This document shows positions 44,576 through 52,800 of a stretch of 64,000 nucleotides of DNA, in pieces. The first letter of the stretch is position 1. Each line of letters begins with the position of its first letter. The translations under genes and the position numbers were made by a program. The notes under the pieces are model-generated. The model saw only the letters and a list, made by a program, of their open reading frames with translations. It searched no databases and was not told the origin of the DNA. Origin of the DNA: a bacterium (GTDB lineage: Bacteria; 4484-113; JAGGVC01); the NCBI GenBank assembly GCA_039961635.1, contig JABRWB010000012.1, positions 22,273 through 86,272 on the forward strand. Reading direction: 5' to 3'.

Positions 44576-47500
44576 TCATTCTGAATGTTGTTCCGTTTTC
44601 ACTACTTCCACGCGTTCCACCTCCACCGACAGGCTGCCGTGATTGTCCGCAACGCGGCCCAGGACCGCGGCCACCTCTCCCGGATGTCCCATCGCCACCG
44701 CGCGGTCGTACGCGTCCGGCCACATCACGCAGTTGATCACGCCCTCCGGCCGGTCGAGCGTGAGGAACCGCATCCGCCGGTCCTGCTTCGTCACGGTGCG
44801 CCGCGCCTCGATAACGTAGCCGCAGACGATGACGTATCTTCCGACGTAATCCGCAAGCTGCGTCTGGAGGATGACGGGGATGCCTGTTCCGTTCCTGGAA
44901 TTGTACGGGTGGGCTTTGTATCTGCCCGAATTCGAATATCCGGATATACCGCCGGTCTCCGGAGCGGCGTGCATTGAATTATCCCAATTGTTTTTGGATG
45001 CGCCCTTATGAGGAAATGCGGCGTGTTTCGGTTTTTCCCTCAATTTTTCCACCGCTGCTTCAAGCTCCTCACTCCATATCTCCACCGGGTGCGCCCGCGG
45101 CGAAAATCCTAGCGACCTCCACTCCGCCAGCATTATTTCCTTTTCAGATGGAGCGGGCAGCTCCGGTACCGCGATTTGCGAATAAGGTTTGTCGTCGAAC
45201 AATGCGACGGCCGCCGCAGAGGCGCACTGCGTGCGCCCGCCCGAATCGTAGGGGCGGGGTTTATCCCCGCCCGCAGATTGAGGCGGGGGCGGGTAAACCG
45301 CCCCCCTACAGTTTTCATTTGAAACCTGCGCCAGCCAGTGCAGTTCGTTGCGGTTGTATTTTTTGGGAGTGCGGGAGCTCGCTCCCACCCAAGGCACCGG
45401 CGAGCCGGTGCACTCCCCAAAGTCCAGTGCGCCGCAGTCCACAAGATGCCGAGCCTCGTCGTCGCCCGGCCGCACGCGCGACATGAAATCGGCCGCGTCG
45501 CGGAACGGCCGCGCCGCGCGCTCGGCCAGTATCCGCTCCCGCGTCGCGCCCGACAGCCCGAATATCGAGCGAAGCCCCGTCCGTATCGCGGGTATGTCGT
45601 TCACCCCCTCCGCTCCGGAAGCGTATTCCGCAACCCACCTGTCCTCGCTTTTGTTCACGTCCGGCGGGAGCACCGCCACCCCCGTCCGCCGCGCCTCGCT
45701 GACGTACGCCTGCGGCCCGCTCGTTATGTAATAAATTCCGCTCCCGTTCGAGAGCACCGCGGCCATGTACTCCGCCGGAAAATGCTCTTTCAGGTAGACC
45801 GCGAGCCCGCTCACGCGCGCGAACGCGGCCGCGTGCGCCTTGCAGAAACTGTACCCGGCGAAGCTGCGCAGCTCCTCCGCGAGCTGCTCCACCGCGTCGC
45901 GCGGAATCCCGCGCTCCGCGCACCGCCGCCTGAAATCCACGAGCGCCACGGCCATCAGCTCGCCCCCGCGCAGGCTGCGCTCCTTCCCGCTCATCGCGCG
46001 GCGGAACGTATCCGCCTCGGCCCAGCTCATCCCGGCGATATCGTGCGCGACCTGCATCACCTGCTCCTGAAAGACGAGCTTGCCGTACGTCGAGCGCAGC
46101 ACCGGCTCTAGCTCCGGCAGAAGGTAGTTCGCCTTCTCCAGCCCCAGCCTGCACCGGACGTACTGCTCCTTCGCTCCCGTTCCGGCCGCGCCGGGCCGGA
46201 TCACGCTCGTGTTTATCGTCGCCTCGGGATAGCTCTGGCATTTCGTTAGGAAATAAAGCTCGCGCATTCCCGGGCTTTCGATGTCGAAACAGCCGATCGT
46301 CCGCGCCTCGCGCATCCGCGCTTTCGTGCGCTCGTCGCCGTAAATCGCGTCCACGTCCTGCGGATTTATCTCCAGCCTTCCGTTCACATCGCGAATCGTC
46401 TGCTGCACGGTTTCGAGCGCCCGCAGCGAAAGGATGTCCACCTTCACAAGCCCCACGTCCTCGACACCCCACATGTCCAGCTGCGTGAGCATGATCCCGG
46501 ATTTCGCCGTCGGCTGCACCGGGAGGAACCGCGACAGCTTTCCCGGCGCGATTACTACGCCCCCGCAGTGCACCGAAAGATGCGTCGGAAATCCCGCGAT
46601 GCCTTTCGCGATGTCGATGATGCGCGCGTGCGGCTCGTCGCGAAGCTGGGCTACCGCGGGATTGGCGTCGAACTCCGGGTCGCCGATGTATTCGAGTTGC
46701 CGGCCGCGCAATCCCGACAGCATCTTCGTAATCCGCGTGATTTGCGCGTCGGAGTATCCGAGAACCTTCGCCACCTCGCGGTAGCCGCTTTTCGCTTGGA
46801 ACGTGACGTATGTGCAAACGTTCGCGACGCGGTCGCCGCCGTATTTGTTGTAGATGTATTCGTAGACGCGGTCGCGATCCTTCCACGAAAAATCTATGTC
46901 TATGTCGGGCAGGCTCTTGCGCTCCGGGTTAAGGAACCGCTCGAAGAAGAGGTCGTGCTTTATCGGGTCTACGTCGGTAATCCCCAGCGCGTACGCGACC
47001 AGGCTGTTCGCCGCGCTGCCGCGCCCTATCGTGAACATCCCCCGCGAGTGCGCCCAGGCCACGATATCGTGCAAAATCAGGAAATACGGAATGAAACGCC
47101 CGTCGGCGATTATCCTGATTTCGTATTCGAGCTGGTTCAAATAACGCGAGCCCGCGTCCGGAATCCGCGCTTTCAGCCCGCTTAAGCAAAGGTCGTGAAA
47201 ATACTGCCACTCGGACAGCCCGAACGGGAGCGGGAACTTGGGAAAGTGCCACTTGCCCAGGTTCGGCGCGAACGCGCAGCGCTCCGCGATCGCCGCTGCG
47301 TTGCGCACCGCGTCCGGATACCGGAAATACCGCGACCATATTTCGTTGGCGGATAGGATCTTCTGCTCCGGCTGCGCGACCTCGCCCTGCCGAAGCGCGG
47401 AAAGCGTGGTCAGCTCGCGCATCGCGCGCAGCACGTGGTGCCGCGTCATCTCGCCGCGCGTCCCGTTCGCGGAGTACGCCGCGGCGGTCGCCGCGAGCGG

Positions 47501-48055
47501 GATGCGGTTCGCGCGCGCGAAGTCCGCCAGCTTCGCCGCGCGCTTTCTGTCCGCGTCGAAATCGGTCAGGATTATTTCGGCGAAAATCCTACCGCGCCAT
47601 TCCTGCACCAAACCATCAAGCAATTCCGCCCACGGCGAAATCAGAATCAATCCATCCGGGTCGGCGCGGCGCAGCGCGGGAACAAGCTCGAAATCCGCGT
47701 CGCAATGCCTGGCAGTTATCAGACCGCAAAGCGTTTCGTATCCCTTTTCGTTCTCGCACAGGAGTACCGCGTACTTCCACCATCCCGCCGCGGGCGCGGG
47801 ATCGCGCGCGGGTTCGCCGGGCGCGGCGGGCGCGCGGGGCTCGGTCACCGCGGCGCCGATGATGGGGCGAATGCCCGCTCGGTTGCATTCCTCGACGAAA
47901 ACCGTCATCCCGTATAGCCCGTCTGTGTCGGTGAGCGCGAGCGCGCGCATTCCCAGCGCGGAGGCGCGGTCCACAAGCTCGCCGGGCACGTTCGCGCCCG
48001 CCTGCATCGAATAGCAGGAATGCGTATGAAGATGAGTGAAGTTGCCGGAGATCAT
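44576..48055 (-). CDS. dnaE2: Error-prone DNA polymerase III alpha-subunit paralog DnaE2 (ImuC).
   Basis: PHP domain start MISGNFTHLHTHSCYSMQAGA; polymerase core; C-terminal OB fold (...VIVCGYVIEARRTVTKQDRRMRFLTLDRPEGVINCVMWPD). Assigned dnaE2 because of the adjacent imuB-like gene. Contains an apparent in-frame insertion of about 60-70 aa (around 45250-45420) encoded by palindromic repeat elements. Confidence 0.85.
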   Translation of the reverse strand: MISGNFTHLHTHSCYSMQAGANVPGELVDRASALGMRALALTDTDGLYGMTVFVEECNRAGIRPIIGAAVTEPRAPAAPGEPARDPAPAAGWWKYAVLLCENEKGYETLCGLITARHCDADFELVPALRRADPDGLILISPWAELLDGLVQEWRGRIFAEIILTDFDADRKRAAKLADFARANRIPLAATAAAYSANGTRGEMTRHHVLRAMRELTTLSALRQGEVAQPEQKILSANEIWSRYFRYPDAVRNAAAIAERCAFAPNLGKWHFPKFPLPFGLSEWQYFHDLCLSGLKARIPDAGSRYLNQLEYEIRIIADGRFIPYFLILHDIVAWAHSRGMFTIGRGSAANSLVAYALGITDVDPIKHDLFFERFLNPERKSLPDIDIDFSWKDRDRVYEYIYNKYGGDRVANVCTYVTFQAKSGYREVAKVLGYSDAQITRITKMLSGLRGRQLEYIGDPEFDANPAVAQLRDEPHARIIDIAKGIAGFPTHLSVHCGGVVIAPGKLSRFLPVQPTAKSGIMLTQLDMWGVEDVGLVKVDILSLRALETVQQTIRDVNGRLEINPQDVDAIYGDERTKARMREARTIGCFDIESPGMRELYFLTKCQSYPEATINTSVIRPGAAGTGAKEQYVRCRLGLEKANYLLPELEPVLRSTYGKLVFQEQVMQVAHDIAGMSWAEADTFRRAMSGKERSLRGGELMAVALVDFRRRCAERGIPRDAVEQLAEELRSFAGYSFCKAHAAAFARVSGLAVYLKEHFPAEYMAAVLSNGSGIYYITSGPQAYVSEARRTGVAVLPPDVNKSEDRWVAEYASGAEGVNDIPAIRTGLRSIFGLSGATRERILAERAARPFRDAADFMSRVRPGDDEARHLVDCGALDFGECTGSPVPWVGASSRTPKKYNRNELHWLAQVSNENCRGAVYPPPPQSAGGDKPRPYDSGGRTQCASAAAVALFDDKPYSQIAVPELPAPSEKEIMLAEWRSLGFSPRAHPVEIWSEELEAAVEKLREKPKHAAFPHKGASKNNWDNSMHAAPETGGISGYSNSGRYKAHPYNSRNGTGIPVILQTQLADYVGRYVIVCGYVIEARRTVTKQDRRMRFLTLDRPEGVINCVMWPDAYDRAVAMGHPGEVAAVLGRVADNHGSLSVEVERVEVVKTEQHSE
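45248..45309. repeat. GC-rich imperfect nested palindrome inside the dnaE2 coding sequence.
   Basis: GTAGGGGCGGGGTTTA-TCCCCGCCCGC-AGATTGA-GGCGGGGGCGGG-TAAACCGCCCCCCTAC; the outer and inner arms are mutually complementary. Translated in dnaE2 as ...CRGAVYPPPPQSAGGDKPRPYDSGG... Confidence 0.6.
45365..45417. repeat. REP/MITE-like nested-palindrome element, copy 1 (inside dnaE2 CDS, in-frame).
   Basis: GGGAGTGC-GGGAGCtcGCTCCC-acccaag-GCACCGGCgaGCCGGTGC-ACTCCC: outer arms GGGAGTGC/GCACTCCC enclosing two internal hairpins. An inverted second copy lies at 48084-48137. Confidence 0.7.
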
Positions 48056-48059
48056 GTTT

Positions 48060-48137
48060 TTATGTGGGAGTGCACCTTTATGTGGGAGTGCACCGGCTTG
48101 CCGGTGCCTTTGTCGGGAGCAAGCTCCCGCACTCCCA
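48060..48137. repeat. REP/MITE-like nested-palindrome element, copy 2, with a partial tandem duplication of its 5' arm. Located between the dnaE2 start and the DUF72 start.
   Basis: TTATGTGGGAGTGCACC (48060-48076) then TTTATGTGGGAGTGCACC-GGCTTGCCGGTGC-CTTTGTC-GGGAGCaaGCTCCC-GCACTCCC (48077-48137). The reverse complement matches copy 1 at about 85 % identity. Confidence 0.7.
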
Positions 48138-48159
48138 AAATTCCTTTTATAATCCCACC

Positions 48160-49149
48160 GTGGAAATCCACATCGGCACGTCGGGCTGGAGCTACCCCGA
48201 ATGGATCGGGCCGTTCTACCCGCGGGGCACGGGCCGCGCGAAGCTGCTCGAAGCGTACTCGGCGGTGTTCGATGCGGCGGAGGTGAACTCCACCTACTAC
48301 AGGCTGCCGGGCGCGAAGACCGTCGAGGGATGGGTGGAAAAAACCGGCGGCAGGATGATTTTCGCCGTCAAGCTCCCGAAGGAGCTGACGCACGCGGGAA
48401 GCCCGGTCGCGGGCAGCGCGGACGCGGGATGGGAGGTGGACGCCGCGGTCGAGCGCGCGGCGGAGGCGGTACGGCAGTGCGTCGCGCCGCTCGCGGACGC
48501 GGGCGCGCTTGGATGCCTGCTCGCGCAATTTCCGTCCAGCTTCCACCGCAACCGCGAAAACTCGCGCTACCTGGGATGGCTGCGCGGCGCGCTGAAAGAA
48601 TTTCCGCTCGTCGTCGAATTCAGGAACGACGAATGGATACGCCCCGAAATTCTGAAATGGCTCGCGGATACCGGCACTGGATTCGCCTGCGTTGACCAGC
48701 CGCGGCTCGCGGGACTCGCGCCGCCGTTCTTTCTCGCGACGGGCGAAACGGGATACGTGCGGATGCACGGGCGCAACTCGGCGAACTGGTGGACGGGCGA
48801 CAACGTGACGCGGTACGAGTACGATTACAGCGACGCTGAATTGAATGAATGGGCGGATGTCGTCCGCCGCGCAATCCAGAATTTCGGAGGCGGTACCTCC
48901 CAGTCCCGCAAAGAAGCCGATTCGTCCGAAACGTCCGCGTCCGCGATCCCGCTCGACGCCGATGCGGAAGTGTTTTTGAAGGAACGCAAGGTTTTCGACT
49001 GGGACAGAACACTCGGCGTCGAGTCCTCGATGACCGAAGCCCGCGCGATGCTCAAAAAGATTTTCTTCTTCTACAACAACCACTCGCACGCGTACGCCGC
49101 CAAGAACGCGTTGCGGTTCAGGGAAATGATGATGGAGGAATCGCGTTAG
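48160..49149 (+). CDS. DUF72 (YecE-like) family protein.
   Basis: GTG 48160 (VEIHIGTSGWSYPEWIGPFYP matches the DUF72 N-terminal signature IGTSGWxYxxW). A -10 TATAAT at 48148-48153 is only 6 nt upstream, suggesting a leaderless transcript. The track start 48064 would read through the repeat element. Confidence 0.8.
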   Translation: MEIHIGTSGWSYPEWIGPFYPRGTGRAKLLEAYSAVFDAAEVNSTYYRLPGAKTVEGWVEKTGGRMIFAVKLPKELTHAGSPVAGSADAGWEVDAAVERAAEAVRQCVAPLADAGALGCLLAQFPSSFHRNRENSRYLGWLRGALKEFPLVVEFRNDEWIRPEILKWLADTGTGFACVDQPRLAGLAPPFFLATGETGYVRMHGRNSANWWTGDNVTRYEYDYSDAELNEWADVVRRAIQNFGGGTSQSRKEADSSETSASAIPLDADAEVFLKERKVFDWDRTLGVESSMTEARAMLKKIFFFYNNHSHAYAAKNALRFREMMMEESR

Positions 49150-49157
49150 TCGTTTGC

Positions 49158-50189
49158 TCATGCCCCCACCCCCGCGAGCTCGCGGCCGGTTTTTATCGCT
49201 TCGAATCCGTACTTCGCGCGCACCCGGTTGACGCTGCGCTCAAGCGCTTCGCCCTTCACCCGCGACGCGGGAACGAACAGCCTGTCCTGCACGACGAACG
49301 GATAGAACCGCGACGCGGTTATCTCGACCGCGGCCACGTTCACGCGCCGAGTGTGCGCCCGCTCCGCGAGCTCCCGCGACGCGCACAGCATGTCGCACGC
49401 GTACGGCGTAGGCTCGGCCAAAGTCGCGCCCGCGTACCGCCTGCCGCCGTCTATGTAATGCAGCGCGAGGTCCAGCCTGCGCACCGCGCGCATCGCGCCC
49501 TCCCTGTACAGCGCGAACGAAAGCCGGTCGCAGACCACTTCCAGATACGGCGCAAGCCCGTCCGGCGACGAGACGCCGGGCGCGGGGACGGGCATCCGCT
49601 CGACAATCGCCTGCGGCCGCTCGGCCAGCTTCGGCGGAGAGACGTCCCGGCCGCGGCACTGGTGGAACGCTATATGGGCGAACCTGCGGCCGACGAGCAA
49701 ATCCAGGGCGCCGCGCTCAAGCCGCGCCACATCGCCAAGCTGGCGCAATCCGATCCGATGGAGCCGCTCCAAAGCTGGCTCCGGCAAATAAAGCGCGGGG
49801 AGAGGAAGTGGGGCGACCGCTTCGGATTCCGCGCCCGCGGGAACGAGCAGACCGCCGCGGCATTCAGCGCGCCGCCATTTGACGACCAAGCGCGCGACGG
49901 TCGCGTTGGGAGCGAGGCACATCGCGGCCGAGTCCGCGCCGCGCGCGCACGCGTGCTCCAGCGCAACCAGCGCCGCGCGCCCGGCCTCGAACACGTCCGG
50001 ATACACACGTCCGCAGCCGGTGAAGTCGGCCAGCCAGTCGCACCGCGGACGCGGCTCGACCGCGGGCGCGAACCGCCAAAGAAGCGTGCGTCCCGCATCC
50101 GGCCAGAGCGGCGGCCCGTCCATCCCGGCGCCGATCGAATACCAGGCGTACGATCGGGCGGCCGCCTCCGGGTTATCAATACTGAACAC
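49158..50189 (-). CDS. imuB: ImuB-like Y-family polymerase paralog (catalytically degenerate), accessory to DnaE2.
   Basis: Y-family HhH/thumb-like region LPLPALYLPEPALERLHRIGLRQLGDVARLERGALDLLVGRRFAHIAFHQCRGRDVSP resembles the DinB LPVxKLWGVG...LGIxTxGDL segment. The N-terminal region lacks catalytic acidic motifs. Shorter (343 aa) than typical ImuB. Confidence 0.55.
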   Translation of the reverse strand: MFSIDNPEAAARSYAWYSIGAGMDGPPLWPDAGRTLLWRFAPAVEPRPRCDWLADFTGCGRVYPDVFEAGRAALVALEHACARGADSAAMCLAPNATVARLVVKWRRAECRGGLLVPAGAESEAVAPLPLPALYLPEPALERLHRIGLRQLGDVARLERGALDLLVGRRFAHIAFHQCRGRDVSPPKLAERPQAIVERMPVPAPGVSSPDGLAPYLEVVCDRLSFALYREGAMRAVRRLDLALHYIDGGRRYAGATLAEPTPYACDMLCASRELAERAHTRRVNVAAVEITASRFYPFVVQDRLFVPASRVKGEALERSVNRVRAKYGFEAIKTGRELAGVGA

Positions 50190-50234
50190 AAGTATAGTAT
50201 ACTTGTTTTCAGCGAAGAATGCAAGCGGAGGGAG

Positions 50235-50840
50235 TTAGCCGTTGTCCCAGCGCGGCGGCTTGCCGCCCGCGCCGGATAAATCCGATAGATTAACGCGCGT
50301 GACCGGATATGGAACCGGACGGACGTATTCGAATTGGAGCTGGTCCACGTTTTCGCCTTGAACGAAAAGCGAAGACTTGAAAACGCCGACTTGGTTGAAT
50401 CCCAGTTTCGGATAAAGCGGGATGAGCGGATCCCAGCCCGCGGCCGAAGATATCGTCACGCGATCCATACGACAATCGCCGGTCAGGTAGTCACGCGCGA
50501 GCGTCAGCGCTTCGAGCCAAGCTTCTTCGTCGAGCGGAACCGCCGGGTCGGGGTACGGCTTGAGCCGAGCCGCGTTGCGCTGGGCCTGGACTCCCGGAAT
50601 GTGGATGTAACCCAGAGCTTTCATCGTTTCCGCTTCGAAAACGATGAACCACGGGCCTTTCGGCAACTGCCAGTCGTGAGACGGAGCTTCGAATTTGCCT
50701 TCCTTCAATTGTTTTTCGATGTCCGCGGTGCGCACCAATTCCCACTTCTCGCGCCAGACGCACCGGTTGTACAGCCCTGCGACGATTTCCGCGTCCGGCG
50801 ACGCCGCGCCGCGGAGCATTACCTTTTCACCTTTAAGCAT
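50235..50840 (-). CDS. GNAT-family N-acetyltransferase (RimJ/RimL-like).
   Basis: Acetyltransf_3-like pattern (LRGAASPDAEIVAGLYN...FIVFEAETMKALGYIHI...). Start trimmed to an internal ATG to reduce overlap with the upstream GNAT gene; the track start is 50861. Confidence 0.5.
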   Translation of the reverse strand: MLKGEKVMLRGAASPDAEIVAGLYNRCVWREKWELVRTADIEKQLKEGKFEAPSHDWQLPKGPWFIVFEAETMKALGYIHIPGVQAQRNAARLKPYPDPAVPLDEEAWLEALTLARDYLTGDCRMDRVTISSAAGWDPLIPLYPKLGFNQVGVFKSSLFVQGENVDQLQFEYVRPVPYPVTRVNLSDLSGAGGKPPRWDNG

Positions 50841-52011
50841 CGGGAACCTCCCTTGCGCCATACCATTCTTCTCTGGAAACGCCGTATAGCGCCGCGCCCG
50901 AAGGCGGACGGCGGCCTTCCTCGACGCCGGAGAACACGGCCTCGAACCGCAGCCCAGCGCGCAAAAGCGAGCATCGCGCCGCGCGGTTGTATTGGCTCGT
51001 CCCGGCGTAGATGCGGTTTATCGGCCACACGTCGAATCCGTGTCCCATCGCCAGAAGTTTCGCCTCGGTGCCGTAACCTTTTCCGCGGTCCGCGACGTCC
51101 ACAAGCAGCGTGCCTACCTCGGCCTCGCCGTTGCGCTTGTCGTATCCCCACATTCCCACCTGGCCCAGCGGCTTGCCGTCCAGCGTTTCGATGACGAATG
51201 TGTGGTTCGTGTCGCCCCAGAAATCGCCCTCGTCGTACCACTTGTTGTAGTCGTCGAGCGTGCAGATTTCGTGGTCGAGATACGGATACGGCTGCGACCA
51301 AAGGTTGGAGAGAAATATCCCGTCTTCTTTTTCCGTCGGACGTATCGCGATTAGCTTGCCGACAAGCCGCGTCTGCGCTTTTTCGGAATCGGGGACTTCG
51401 CGCGGTTCGACGGGATCGGTGTTGCCGTACAACTTCCAATCGCGCTTCGCCGCCCTGTAGTCCGAGCGCGTCATGCCATAGTTGTAGAAATCACAATACT
51501 TGCCGTGAATGAACCGGATATTGCGAGCGATTCCCTCGCGCTTGAATCCGCACTTTTCGAGCGACCGGATCGCGGGCGCGTTTTCCACATGCGTCGACGC
51601 GGACACGCGCTCGATCCGGAACGCGCGGAAGAGGTAGTCAACGAGCAGCATCTTCGCGCGCGTGCCCGCGCCCGTGCCGCGGTACGCGGCGGAGATTTTC
51701 GTCCCGACTTCGCACTCGCCGGTGACGTCGCGGAAATGCACGCCGATGTCGCCGATCGGAACGGCCGCGCCGTCCCGCTCGATTTCGACGATGAACAACT
51801 TCGTCTTGTCGTCCCAGAAGCCGCCCTTCTCCATCTGCTTCGCGATGAACGAGCGCGGGCACAGGTTCGTACGGTTGTACGCGACCGGCTCGCAATCGTT
51901 CTTCCAGAGGAAATCAACGTCGGAATCCGCGACGGGCCGAAGCCCCACGGTTCCGTCATACAAATCGTACTTGGTCACTTCCTTTCTCCGAATGAAATTA
52001 GTCCCGAACAT
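50833..52011 (-). CDS. Tandem-domain GNAT-family N-acetyltransferase.
   Basis: Two successive GNAT-like halves, each with an LRPV/IRPT start motif and a conserved ...G...G.G-like acetyl-CoA loop (VGTKISAAYRGTGAGTRA; VGTLLVDVADRGKGYGTEA). Confidence 0.6.
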   Translation of the reverse strand: MFGTNFIRRKEVTKYDLYDGTVGLRPVADSDVDFLWKNDCEPVAYNRTNLCPRSFIAKQMEKGGFWDDKTKLFIVEIERDGAAVPIGDIGVHFRDVTGECEVGTKISAAYRGTGAGTRAKMLLVDYLFRAFRIERVSASTHVENAPAIRSLEKCGFKREGIARNIRFIHGKYCDFYNYGMTRSDYRAAKRDWKLYGNTDPVEPREVPDSEKAQTRLVGKLIAIRPTEKEDGIFLSNLWSQPYPYLDHEICTLDDYNKWYDEGDFWGDTNHTFVIETLDGKPLGQVGMWGYDKRNGEAEVGTLLVDVADRGKGYGTEAKLLAMGHGFDVWPINRIYAGTSQYNRAARCSLLRAGLRFEAVFSGVEEGRRPPSGAALYGVSREEWYGAREVPDA

Positions 52012-52025
52012 AAATGAATCCGGGC

Positions 52026-52052
52026 AAAAAAAAACCCTCCGTTGCCGGAGGG
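52026..52052 (-). terminator. Orphan rho-independent terminator (minus-strand orientation) upstream of the GNAT operon.
   Basis: A9 run (52026-52034), then CCCTCCG-ttgc-CGGAGGG (52035-52052). On the minus strand this reads hairpin plus U9. No annotated minus-strand gene ends here. Confidence 0.5.
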
Positions 52053-52302
52053 CGGAACCTGGCCTGCGCGCAAGCGCCTAGCCGGACGGGCCGCCCCCTG
52101 GGATTGGGAGAACCGGGAGAACGATGCTGTAAGAGTGCGGGAAAACAGGGCAGGGCGCGGCCGCGGGCCGCTTCGGGATGCAAAGCGCAAAATTCATCAA
52201 GCCGTCCTCCTTTGGATGGATTTCCCCGGTGATGCGGTCAGCCCGCATGCCGTGGATTGCGCATTTTACCCCAGATCGCGGGAAATGCAACAGAAAAAAG
52301 TA

Positions 52303-52377
52303 GCCGAGTTGAGAGTTGCCGAGTTGTGAGTTGCCGATTTGTGAGTTGCCGAGTTGTGAGTTGCCGAGTCGAGGGTT
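52303..52377. repeat. Tandem direct repeat, 5 copies of a 15-nt unit (GCCGAGTTGTGAGTT consensus).
   Basis: GCCGAGTTGAGAGTT / GCCGAGTTGTGAGTT / GCCGATTTGTGAGTT / GCCGAGTTGTGAGTT / GCCGAGTCGAGGGTT, read directly; located in a 630-bp intergenic region. Confidence 0.8.
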
Positions 52378-52800
52378 GGAAACAATATCTACAAGGAGCC
52401 GAGGCTTCAGCCTCGGCGGAACGCAATGGAAACCGTGGCAAGTGCAAGGCAAGCCAATCCGAGGAGCGCCGCCCCCAATGGCTGCAAATCAAATGCCTCC
52501 ATATTGGCAGCTATGCAATTCCGCGAACCAAATGCCGGAATCCGGGTCTATAATGACGGCGATGGGGATTTTCCAGCGGGACGAATACGGGCCGATCATC
52601 TCGCCGCGCCGCCGCGCTCCGATTAACGGGTATTCCGGTACCCGAATGTGGATGCGCGCAAATTCCGCGCCAGTGGTACCTTACAAAAGCGCGTAATAGG
52701 GACTCAAGCGGGGTATAATACCAGCGAGCGGTCACCTTCCCGGAGGTTGGTGCAACTTGTCGGGAACACGCCGATTGGTTTTGCACATTGGAGAAAGGAT

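Noticed and set aside
45315-48014. Multiple long ORFs (523 aa minus off-frame; 257, 205 and 258 aa plus) within dnaE2
   Set aside because: Off-frame or antisense of dnaE2; Arg-rich.
48064-48159. First 32 codons of the track's DUF72 ORF (MGVHLYVGVHRLAGAFVGSKLPHSQNSFYNPT)
   Set aside because: This is read-through of the REP-like palindrome. The DUF72 family signature begins at GTG 48160 and a -10 element sits at 48148-48153.
48849-50279. 476-aa plus-strand ORF opposite imuB-like gene
   Set aside because: Antisense shadow; Arg-rich.
52078-52492. Minus-strand ORFs (124 aa, 84 aa) translating the 15-nt tandem repeat as LGNSQ / TRQLT pentapeptide repeats
   Set aside because: Repeat-driven ORFs in two different frames. 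No SD. More likely non-coding repeat DNA.
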